From contig OZ316891.1 of assembly GCA_973895155.1 (NCBI GenBank), forward strand, positions 3,237,801-3,301,800: a DNA stretch of 64,000 nt, written 5' to 3'. The DNA is from Marsupella aquatica (lineage: Eukaryota; Plantae; Marchantiophyta). The notes below the pieces were generated by a model that worked only from the letters and a program-made list of their open reading frames with translations, was not told where the DNA came from and made no database searches. The stretch's first letter is position 1; each line of letters starts with the position of its first letter. Below are positions 37,031-48,811 of this stretch, one piece after another. The position numbers and the translations under genes are program-made.

Positions 37031-38943
37031 TTCAGGTTCTGGTGGAAATTTGTATGATGTGAGACTCTTCTTCATGTAGATGATACTCCATCATTCTATA
37101 GAATTGTGGTAGCGAGCAGAAGCTAGAGACCAAGATCATGGTGGGGACAAGAGCAATGGACTGTGTTTGCCCAGCAGGTTCTGATTTGATTCATGTGGTT
37201 GACTACTTTGAAGGCAAACATTTAAGTACCGCCAACACCAAAAATGTATATGGCGAGACCATCAAAACAATGCATGAGCTTCTGGTTCTCCATTGTTGTG
37301 ACCCTCTTTTGCTATAAACTTCATAATCTGAACATCAACATGACGCACGCCTAAGCATGGTTCAAGTTCATCTCCAAAGGGTCTCGCTATGAAGACCCTT
37401 AGTTAGCATCTTAAGTCTTTAAGAGTGGCATCACTCCAACTTCATAATTAGATAAGTTTAGTTTCGCATGGCCCCGGGCATGGCCCTTTAGGAGTCCTGA
37501 AGACCAGGAACTAATTATTAGAGCTTTCCCACCTGCCCTGTAAACACCCAGTCCTGATGGAATTCCCACTGTGCTGTGTCACATTTCTAGCCACTCTCCT
37601 GGCCCGACACTTTCACTTTGTGTGCCAGAGTTGGCAGGCGCATATGAGTGACTCCTCCGCCATTAATATCCCTCTCTTCATTTCTTTGCCCTGCCACTAA
37701 TCACACATCAAAATGTGGTAAGATAGGTGTGCACTCACTGATTTCAAGAAAATAAGAAGGATTATCATGGTATTATCATGCTATGGAGAGATGTTGTAAG
37801 CAGTATGTGTCATATTTTGATGATTGTGCAGTTACTGGGATCCATTTGTTGCACGGTTTTCATGTAGCCATTGTAGCAGACTTGGAAAGCCCTCCAACCT
37901 GTGATTGAAAATGGGAAAATGGGACTCTATGGATGTGGTGTACTATTCTTTGTGGTGTGCCTCTGCCCAGGCTTGAGTTGTGAGTGAGGTGAGAATCATG
38001 GCCGGTACAAAATGCAAGGGGATCCTAACTTCTCAACTGACCTTCAGGTCACTCATTCACCAAGTTCCCAACCAAGTTGCCTATCTATATGGGGCGGGAT
38101 CTCTCTTATGACTCCTCTCCTGTAAGACAAAACGAAAATGTGGCATGCCATTGATAGATTAAGTTACAATTAAGTCTGCATGATGTCACTTCTAACGTGG
38201 ACAAGGTGTCTCGGGTGTTAAAGAATTGACTTGAGTTCATGACTATAGTTAGATTGGCCTTACTATGGTTAATTAACCCTTAATTAGATGAGTATAATAT
38301 CCATTTACTTTTCAGTCCACACATCTTAGTCCCCCTTGGGAGGTATAGGTTGAAGCAAGAGTGTTCTCTTCCTCAATTTTCACTTGTGCCCTCATTTGTA
38401 TAGATTCTTTAGTAGTTTCTCCATTGGTGGGGTCTAGTTCTTGTAACATGTGATTGAGTGTGCTCAAGTGACCGAATTAAACTTTCTTACACAGGGCACT
38501 TGAATGTCACTTAACTTTTTTTAATTTCCCCATAGCAAAACTGAAAGGCCACTTCCATCTTGTTTCAAAGATAGACTCAAACTCGAAAGTTTATGTAAAG
38601 CAAAATTCAATAAAATAATGCAATTCCCTTACATACCGGATTACATAACGAGACAAAGTTTGAAAATGTTTGGACCACCTGTGGCCATGACCATATATGG
38701 GCACTTTGGGCCTGGGCATGTAGGAGCAGTCTGTAGACACCATATTTGAATGGGGCCCAGCTAAATATAGTAGTCTAACCCAAGTAGTCTCCACTCACTA
38801 TACAATCCAGATTAAATCTCAGGGGGAATCGAAGGACCAAAATTATTGTAAAGCCACTGTCACTTGGTCACTTGCCAGAGAGCTCATGCGGGTCCAAAGT
38901 TCTTTCAAAAGGGTCCACCCCTTCCCCTTTATTGGGTTGCCTT

Positions 38944-39221
38944 CAGTGTTTTTTTTAGTGGCGAAAATTCGCTAGATTCCACCTTCCCAAAAATCCTTCG
39001 CCACTTTTGGCTAAAATTCACTACTTTTTTGCTGTCTCATTAGCCAGTGTTCCACCTAATCCCAGGCCCCATTAGCCAGAATCTAACGGTCCGCCTTAAA
39101 TCTAGGGAGATCTGACGGTCTGGAACATAATTGAATACAGAATCTTTTGAGCATCTTCTCCTTTGACGCACTTTACATTCGCCACCTTGGCGAAAAAGTG
39201 AAATCCTTAAAAAAAAAACTG
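38944..39221. mobile_element. hAT-type MITE (278 bp)
   Basis: Ends CAGTGTTTTTTT / AAAAAAAAACTG. Perfect 8-bp TSD GTTGCCTT at 38936-38943 and 39222-39229. Internal GGCGAA/TTCGCC subterminal motifs. Confidence 0.88.
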
Positions 39222-41324
39222 GTTGCCTTGCCTTTTGGGATCCTGTCTCCGGGTTTGTCATTTTTGTTTGTTTGCATATTATATATATGCTCATGCATGT
39301 CCAATGTTACTTCAAAAGGAATTATAGCAGTGGACCTTTTTGCTCACTAGGGCTTTAGTTGTTTCCGTTGTTGGGGACTGTGGGCTTTTTGTCTCCTTGG
39401 TTGTCTCGGGAACGAGTTTTCTTTCCTTGGGTCCCAGGTCTTTGGGATCTTGTCTCCTGGATATAGGTGCTTTTTGTTCAACTATATCCAAGCAATAATA
39501 AAATTAGTTTGGTGACTTGGTACCTGTGCTCTCTCCTCAATGCTCATGGTGCTAAAGAAATCTTCTACAACTAGAATAAATGATCCCGCCTTTTTTCATC
39601 CTTCGTCCCGTTATGAAATCCAGAATCAGCGGGAATTATCAAAACTGGCCGTTAGATATTTTAGAGGATTATCATATCTGTTTGATTAGCACTTGCCCTC
39701 TCCGGCGAGGCCTCCCACACCCATTCCTTCATTATGGATCCCCTTCACAATATACGTATATTGGCATCAATGCTTGCGATGCCTCGCTGGCCCTCATGAT
39801 GCCTTGCCCTTATGCCCTGCCTCGCCCTCCCCTCGGTACATGCCCTGCCTCGCCCTGATGCCCTGACACCCTGCCTTGCCCTTCCTTTGTTCTCGATGTG
39901 CTCGCCCCTGCCTCTTGCCCCCCCGGCCCAACTCCATATGGGCAGGCCCTCATTGCGCAGCGCAACGCACAGGCATAAGGCTTGTCATATCTAAATTAAG
40001 TTGACTTCATCACATAAAGATCTTTTGAACTTAACTTCATCATAGTAAGATATTGGGTCAACATCTTTAGAATGATCTTAGTGTGGTGTGGTTCTCGTCT
40101 CCAAAGTGCCATAGGCATCGTTACCTCATGGTTTCACCGGGGTCTGACTAAATGTTTAATAGTTTGTTTTTGACATGTGGTGCCCATTTCATTTAATCTC
40201 AACTCAAATTGTTTCCCTGCCTCTAAGCAACTCTTTAATAATAGGTACGGTGGAGGGCAGGGTTTTGCATTTTGATATGAAATAAAAGATTGACTATAAT
40301 AAAAAATAATATCTGGAACAATCAATTTGGGTTGTCGACCCTGAAGTTTTTTTAAGTCATATATAAAGTTTGGTTTTCTATTTGTTATGTAATAACTTTT
40401 CTTTATTTTTAGTTAATCCTATGTTAGGCATTACTCTTAGGTCTAGGGTTACGAATGATTTTAATTGTAGTTAGGCTTGACCTTAGTCACGGACTAGTTA
40501 GGTTAACTAGGTAAGTTGCACATTATAACCCAAGTTGTGTTTGCTTGGATAGGGGGAACTCAGGCTAATTGTTATAGATCCAGTTGGGAGATAGGGAGAT
40601 CTTGTATATTGCGGAGACTCAGTATGGCCGATGGGCATAGAGTGCAATAAATCTCTTGTGTGTTCCCATGAACATAGCCTCAACTAAGGTAAACCACATA
40701 TCTTTTTGTGTCAACTACTTGACTGTGCGTTGGATGATCATGGGCTTGTCGTTGCGAATGTTGTCTTTGCTCCTCAAGGGCCTCAATCCAAGGGCTGTCC
40801 CATATCACATGTGAAGTTTTGGACGAATAAACATCCTAAAATTTAAGTCAATAAAGTTTTTTTGAGTAATTGCTTTACCCGGGGTTTTACCCCTAACTTA
40901 ATAAAATACTCATAGATTTGGTTTTAAAAAACCCTATGATTCTTATAATTCTCAAAACTGGATTAAAAAAACCCTTACTAATGTTCTTCAACAAAATTTA
41001 AAAATCTTTCAAGAAACCCAATAAGAAAATCCTATACTTATTCGTGCATGATGGGTTGGAAGAAAAGAAGTGAGGACCCCGGGCTTTGCTCAACAGTTGG
41101 TGTGAAAGCACGTATGGGAGGTGACAAGGTGTTTTTTTCTAGCATTTTGCGGTGGTATTTGTTCCGGAGTTTCATCGCATGAAATTGGGCTCAACAAACG
41201 GATCAATGCAGTGCTTAGAAAATCACATTTTTTGTCTAATGTTCTGGATCTTTAATTTTGGCAAAGTTTCATTATTTATGGTTTCTGAAGTAGGGACCAA
41301 AGTTTGTTTTCTTGACGGTGTGAA

Positions 41325-43045
41325 ACACGATTTCGGACCGACCAAGAAGTGTGACACACTTCTCGTTTAGCCCGATTCCATTTTTGTTCTAAGGCAATGC
41401 AATCTCCAATAAAACTGCCAAAAAATTGAAAAAACACGAGTTGCCTACATTGCATCGCCGCGGGAATGCAGGGAGCGATACGTGCATTGGGTTTTACATT
41501 CGGTCTGTGAAAAAGTCCGAACTGCAAGTAAATTGGTCCGAACCACGTAATCGAGGGTTGACCACGCACTAACCCGGGTTAGTGCAAATGTAACCATGGT
41601 TAACGAGGAAAATTAACCATGGTTAGAGCATCCCCTATATAAAGAGGAGTGGGTTGCCCATAAAAGGTTTATTTTTTCCGGAGCGAACAACACCTCACTC
41701 ACAGCGAATACTAGACTCCTATCAAGTCTTACATTCCTCACAAGAGACTTGACTCTTTCTCCAGAGACCCGATAAATTTATCGGAACTACCATTCCAGTT
41801 CAAGTAACATCTACGTAAGGTTGACTTGTCATTTGGTGGCAATGTCCTGACCCAAGCGGATTGCGATAAATTTATCGCATTTTGCATTCCTCAGTTGCAT
41901 TCCTTTGAAGAATTGAATATGTTTGAAGAATATCAAATAGAATTATAGGAGTGAGCATTCATTCCATAAACTATATTCAAGGTTCGATAAATTTATCGGA
42001 GTCTTCATTCCTTTCACGGATTATGGATTATTTGAGACTCCGATAAATTTATCGGAGTCTTCACTCCTTTGATGGATTAAGGATTATTTGAGACTTCGAT
42101 AAATTTATCGGAGTCTTCATTCCTTTGACGGATTGAGGATTAGTTGAGACTCCGATAAATTTATCGGAGTCTTCATTCCTTTGACGGATTAAGGATTATT
42201 CAAATGAGACTCCGATAAATTTATCGGAGTCTCCATTCATCTAATGGATTAAGGATTATTTGAGACTCCAATAAATTTATCGGAGTCTTCATTAATGTAA
42301 TGGATTGGAGATTATTTGTGACTCTCCATTCCTGTGATTGATTGAAGATATTTGAGACTCCAATAATTTTATTGGAGTCTTCATTCCTTTAATGGATTGA
42401 AGATGGTTCAGAGGACATCCGCTAAAATTATCAGAGCGCGCATTCTTGTGATGGATTCAGGGCTTAGGTGTTTGATGGGGTCATGTCTTCTAGGTGAATG
42501 CAAAGTGCGATAAACTTATCGCACCCTCATGGCAACACGATTTTGGACCGACCAAGAAGTGTGACACACTTCTCGTTTAGCCCGACTCTATTTTTTTCTA
42601 AGGCAATGCAAACTCTGATAAAATGGATGTCAAATAAAAAAACATTAGTTCTGGACATTGCATCATCACAAGAATGTAGGCAGCAATACGTGCATCGGGT
42701 TTTACATTTGTAACTTTCAAAAGTTGCCCAAAGTCCCAACTGTGAGTAACTTGGTCCCAATCATGTAATCAAGAGTCGACCACGCACTAACCCAGATTAG
42801 TGCAAAGTTAACCATGGTTTGTGGGAAATAGTAACCATGGTTAGAGCATTCCCTATATAAGGAGGAGCGAGATGGCCATAAAAGTTTAAATTGATCGCCA
42901 GATCAAACAACATTTGTCTTAAAGAAAATACCAAACTCCTATCAAGTCTTACATTCATATAAGGAGATTTGAATCTTTCTCTAAAAAACCCGATAAATTT
43001 ATCGGAACTTGCATTTCAGTTCGAGTATTATCAATTATGTAAGGT
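41325..43045 (+). repeat. ~500-bp direct repeats (~41325-41820 and ~42533-43045) flanking a 56-bp tandem array
   Basis: Both copies have GGACCGACCAAGAAGTGTGACACACTTCTCGTTTAGCCCGA..AACCATGGTTAGAGCAT.CCCTATATAA..CTCCTATCAAGTCTTACATTC. Confidence 0.85.
41985..42440. repeat. Minisatellite, ~56-bp unit, about 7-8 copies, with a GACTCCGATAAATTTATCGGAGTC hairpin core
   Basis: Cores at 41985, 42041, 42097, 42153, 42213 and ~42270, then degenerate copies. Confidence 0.9.
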
Positions 43046-43084
43046 TTCTTATTCATTCATTGTCAGTGTGAGAGGATTTCAGTG

Positions 43085-43330
43085 AACATGCAATAAATTT
43101 ATCACAATCCGCCTTCCTCTGTTGGATTTAGGATTCCAACGAACATGCGATAAAACTATCACAATCCGCATTCCTTGGTTAGATTCAGGATTTCATCGAA
43201 CATGCGATAATTTTATCGTAGTTTGCATTCCTCTGTTGGATTCAAGATTCCAGCAAACATGCGATAAATTTATCACATTCTGGATTCCTTTGTTCGATAA
43301 ATTTTGATAAAGTTTTGATAAATTTATCGT
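43085..43330. repeat. Minisatellite, 57-bp unit (AACATGCGATAAATTTATC..CATTCC..GATTC), about 4 copies
   Basis: Cores at ~43092, 43149, 43206 and 43263. Confidence 0.85.
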
Positions 43331-43792
43331 TGTTTGTATTCCAAAGATTGATATTGTTTTATCATTATAGAAAGTTACAAAACTAAGAATGGTTGACATG
43401 TTGTTTGTGGATGTAAATAGATAGTCATGTTTGGACTCGTTTTGAAGCCCTCAATGAGCCCAATCTAACAGTGGTGTTATGTTGTCCATATTATCTTTCA
43501 ATACAAGATAATAATAGGGACAAGATTTGTTACTCAAAACCTCGTGCTAATGGATCTAACCTTGAGAGACCAACCAGGAGTACCCAAAATATAAGGAAGA
43601 ATGAAAGTTGCGATAAATGTATCGGTGTTTGTATTCCAAAGATTGATATTGTTTTATCATTATAGAAAGTTACAAAACTAAGAATGGTTGAAATGTTGTT
43701 TGTGGATGTACATAGACAGTCATGTTTGGACTCATTTTGAAGCCCTCAATGAGCCCAGTCTGATAGTGGTGTTATGTTGTCCATGTTATCTT
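43315..43792 (+). repeat. ~185-bp direct duplication (~43315-43500 and ~43610-43792)
   Basis: TGTTTGTATTCCAAAGATTGATATTGTTTTATCATTATAGAAAGTTACAAAACTAAGAATGGTTG occurs twice. Confidence 0.85.
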
Positions 43793-44869
43793 TGGTCCGA
43801 ATTCATGTTCCAAATATTTCTCAGAACTCTTGTTATATTTGCTCCAGTGCTTTGCTAACTTCTCCCTCTCCAATGCTTGTGCCTTCCGATGCTCGTTTAG
43901 CAATGTTGAGAATTTTCCTCAATAATAAAAAAGTTTAGAACTTTGCTAGATTGATAGCGATAAATTTATTAGGTTCAGTATTCAAACACTTGATTCGGTT
44001 ACCATAATGTTAAACCATGACAGCGATAAATTTATTGGAATGAGTGTTCAAACTATTCAAACAATATATTCACACACAATTACCAAAGAAGAAGCATTGG
44101 AATCCTCAACCCGATAAAATTATCGAGAGTAACACACGGGTTTAGAAACTTACTCTTTTTTGCTTCCTGTTCCTCACCTGGAGACTGAAAAATCTGTCGT
44201 TGAATGTGAGTTGAATGTAGCGACTTGAATGCCGAGTGTGAGACACGTATCGGTTGCCGGATACCCTCTCCATAACCCGGGATGGATGGCCTGAAGCGAC
44301 GTCTCAGACCTAGACCTGGGATTGAAATTTTCTCAATTCTTGGCGATGGAACGCTCAAGAGACGACGCTTCTCAGGTTTATTAGGCAACACATAGTAAAA
44401 ACTGGGCTTAGGACCAGAACTTGCATCAGAATCCCAATCAAAGTCAAAGATTTCAAGCACAATCTACTAATTATGAGAGAGGTAGAGCTTTAGGGATGCG
44501 ACTTGGCAAAGAGCAAGCAACAACATTAGGAGAGGATTTTAACTAAACTTGAAGGTGAATCTGTGTCTGATTGAGACATGATTATCCAAGACACTATGTG
44601 GCTTTGCATACCTCCCCTCAATCAGGGAAAACGAATGGCTCAACGGAAAAAATGTTGCTCCAAGAACACAACTCCAAAAATAACTCTATTCTGGATAATG
44701 ACGCCAAAAACTCATGAGCGGTAGCCCTTTTATAGTGTCTGTTGAGGGGTTGGTCCACATGGCCACTTTTGATTGACCGTCTCGCTAAACGACAAAATAA
44801 TAGAGAATGGTATATTTCTTGAATATCCAATTTGATTCTTATATGTGCATCTTGGCGAAATTATGTAGT

Positions 44870-45255
44870 TTTGAAATTTAAGAGATAAATATATCTATGT
44901 TTATATTGCAAAATAGATTTTATTCATATGGATGTTTGTAGTTTTGGAATTTAAGCGATAAATTTATCTGATGTTGGTATTGCAAAAGCGTTTTCTTCAT
45001 ATGGATAGTTGCAATTTTGAAATTTAAGTGATAAATTTTTCTGATGTTGGTATTGCAAAAGTGTTTTCTTCATATGGATAGTTGCAATTTTGAAATTTAA
45101 GCGATAAATTTATCTGATGTTGGTATTGCAAAAGTGTTTTCTTCATATGGATAGTTGCAATTTTGAAATTTAAGTGATAAATTTATCTGATGTTGGTATT
45201 GCAATAATGTTTTCTTCATATGGAGAGTTGCAAATTTGAATTTTAATCGATGAAC
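44870..45255. repeat. Minisatellite, 73-bp unit (GAAATTTAAGCGATAAATTTATCTGATGTTGGTATTGC...), about 5 copies
   Basis: Cores at ~44884, 44957, 45030, 45103 and 45176. Confidence 0.9.
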
Positions 45256-48200
45256 CGAAGGATGTTAGTATTGTTGGCAAGTATTTTGGCCGTCCGGAGT
45301 TTTCACGATAATTTTATTGGATTGCACATTGCGGTTGAGACAACGACATGTTGATTGTGCATGTATGTGGTTACTATGGTCTATTGTGGAGGTAACTGCA
45401 AGGTAAGTTTCACAAACTGTGCGGTAACTTCTTATCAACTATGATGTAAAATAGTTACGGTAAATAACCAAAAACTGAGAAAATTGATATTTGGTTGGAA
45501 CTTTCATGGTTGAAATCCGAAGTCCGATATGGGTATCGGACTTTGCTCAAAAAATGGATATGGATTTCTAGATAAGACCATTCATATATCTTCTGAGAGC
45601 GTGAATCTGAGGTTTTGGAAAATGTTTTTTGGATCTTATTTTTCCATGATAAATTGAATGTTTGTGACCATTAATTTCAGTGGTTCTGACCATTCCCGAA
45701 TTTCCTGATTCAATCCAAACTCCAATACGTATTACATTATTTTCCCAAAAACCGGTTTTTGATTAGAAAAACCATCGATTTTGCGAGATTCGGCAGAAAA
45801 TGAAAATACACTTCTCGTTTGCGGAAATAGTTCTCGTTTGGTTGGAAATCGTGTTGTGAGCTTTGCGATGCACGGGGTGTTGTATGTTATAGCTCTGCTT
45901 GTAGATCAGGACGAGCTGGTCATTTTGGTAGTTGGTTTTCTGCCAAGTGCGTATCACATGCAATGCAAAAGTGGATTTCTGGTTTTCTGACAGGCTATGG
46001 ACATTGTTTTTAATTGTTTGTTCAACTAGGTTCCTTGTCTTCACGCTTGACTTGGAGGAAGAAACCCAAAGTGCTACGGCTCTACAAAGAGATCGCAACA
46101 CTTAGGTGGTCATTTTGAGTTTGGGATTTGCACCCCGATTTGCACTTGCCGTAGAGAGACAAAGACACGACCTTCTCTACTCGAGCTGCAGACGACCCTG
46201 GTGTGATTTGACAACTTGTCCCATCGGAGTCATATTTTTTCTTGACAAAAACACAAGTAGTAAGGTGTGTAAAATGGCCAATTGGTTTGGTTCTTTTTTG
46301 CGTTTTAGGGTTGGGGGGGGGGGTTTTCTGGGCCATGACCGGCCGACCCCCACACCCCCATCTTTTTGTCGCACATTCCACCCCACTCGTCCCCCCGCTC
46401 ATCCCTCGATGCCTGAATCCACAGCCTGCAGCACTGCCCAGCGCCAATTAAACCCGCCACCAGCGCCAATTAAACCCGCCACCAGCGCCTCTTTCCTGCC
46501 CACCCGGCTAATCGACATTTGCCTGCCCTCCACCCTTGCGCGCCCATTTTTTCCGGGACCGGCAAAAAGTGCACTGCAATGGCGCCAGTAGCCTTATCTC
46601 ATCTTCCTTGAAGCAGAGTTGCCAAGTAATTAACCCTCAACACTACTGATGTGTTTAGTAAAATAGAGTAGAACCTATTACCGAAGACAATGTTGACACA
46701 ATCCGTGCTGAAGAAAAAGTTAGAATGGAATGTACAGTGAAAATGACACAATGCCAATGAGTACTTAACTGAATTGGCATAATCACATTTGTTGATAGCG
46801 TGGGATCGAGGAGATGAAACAAGAGATCCTGTGCACATAAACTTTGGGCAGAATGCTTGCGAATATGAAAATGTGCTAACGATAGAATGCAGATGTGTTG
46901 CACATGGAGTAAATTCCTAGAAGCATGAATTTAAATGACAAAAGCTGAGAATGACAAGAAGGAAAGAAAACGGAGGGAGATGCACAGGTGAGAGACTAGG
47001 CATGGGTCGTGCCCTTTAGGGTGCACTTTAGGTGGCAATTAAAAAAAAAAGACTGAGTATTTTGTCTGTCAAGGGGCTATAGAGTTTAGAGTCCTCATCA
47101 GGGGCTATAGAGTTTAGAGTCCTCCAGAGCTATCTTCAAGCAGGCTTGCAAGCAGCAGTTTTGGGATGTTTTGGGATTTAGGACGAGAAAGGGGTGGGCC
47201 CCAAGAAATATGGGGAGCCTTAATGCACTGTTGATCTAACCCAATGTCATGTTTCCATAGCAGTGACGCTCTGTTTGGGGAAGACCGTAGAAGTGTGTGA
47301 ATATCCACGCAAGTTGGCCCCAATACAATCTACTCAATTGGAGGAATGGAGTCAACGATCACCCATATTTATTACCCTGGTTTTTAAAACATTGCTTTTG
47401 GTTTTAGAAAATATTGCTTTTGGTTTTAACAATATTGCTTTCTATCTGTAGGAACGAAGCGAGTGGGTAGCCGTGATACAAGCTGGCCGCATTGCAATCA
47501 TCCAACACCCTCCTTGTCCATTCGAGGAACAAAGTCGACGATCACCAAAGTTCCGGGGTCAGTACAGGACTCGGTTGCAGACGTCCGTTTCACCTGGAAG
47601 TATTACAAATAAGCTCTGGCGTCTAAAGCTCGACGAGCTGCAAAAACATCCCCGGCCCGAAAGTATATGAGTTATGCTGTCCGGTAATCAGGTGGGGACA
47701 TTCCCGAAGACTGATTAGAGAGTCACCACAGCGCTTTGGACATCAGCGCTCAGGCCTTGCATGCTAGTGAGGATCGCCCAGCCGCACAAGTTTGTCACGG
47801 GCGATTACTTTAGTCGTTGCCGCTCCTGTAGCCGGATCTGCCAGAGTGATAGCTGTATTGAGAAAGTCGTTTCACTTGGTTGACGTCCCGACTCCATTAA
47901 CGGATGGACGCAGCATGTCTGAAGCAGACGGAGGATTGCTCTGAAAAAGTCTTCTACTGGCAGCAGAACTTGGAGAGCCAACAAAAGGAGAGCAGCGAAG
48001 ATCGATGCCGCTGCACATGAGCTCTTCATCTAGCTTGAAACCTTGATCGAAAAGTGAGCTAGCTCGCAAATCACGTGTCCTGTGAAGTATGCATCTACTG
48101 ACTTTAAAATGCTCCAGATACTGACTCAGATCGAGTGTCATGTCGTATGGACTTGTTGGCAAGCTTGCTCAAAAATCCCCAATCTTGCATGTGCAAGTCC

Positions 48201-48811
48201 TGCGGAGTTCACTCTACCTGTTGGGTTGACATCATGTGTTTTAGAGACTTAAATGTCGTACTAGTGATGTTGAGATATAGATCCCTGGAGGCCGGAAAGC
48301 ATATATGAGTTACAGACTTGGGTCACAAGTGCGATTGCAAGCTCAACACTGGTATGGGTACGTGAGGCACCAGCATTTCCACTAAATATATGGTGCGAGG
48401 CGATGTTCAGATTAGTCAAATTCGTGCTTTGCGTACCACGAAACCTGAAATTTCTGCAGCCTGTCTGATGTTTTCCTGTCGCTCCCTGGTTCCGGTCACC
48501 AGTAATGTTGCCGTTAGGCTGCTTGCTGTCGTTGTTGTTTACTATGGCTCGAGCGGGTATTTGAATGCCTTTTCCGATAATCATGTATGGGAATTCTATC
48601 CGTCATGTGCCGAGATATTTTTCTGCCTGAATTCTCGTTTGACCGCGCACACGTAAAATACATCTTTATTTTGGCATTTGTGTCTTCTTCAAGTCATTTT
48701 CCAATAACATCTAAACATGCACCACTGCAATTTCGTTGCACACCAGGAACATCTTCTTCCGACGTCATCGCTTGCATTCTCTCCTGTCATTAGCGTGAAT
48801 CTGCAAGAAGG

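Noticed and set aside
41985-42440. CRISPR-like array (palindromic repeat with ~30-bp spacers)
   Set aside because: The spacers are near-identical to each other, there are no cas genes and the context is eukaryotic; it is a minisatellite.
46540-46596. Harbinger-like right terminus (..AGTAGCC followed by TTA) for the 41-46 kb repeat block
   Set aside because: No matching left TIR was found in the window.
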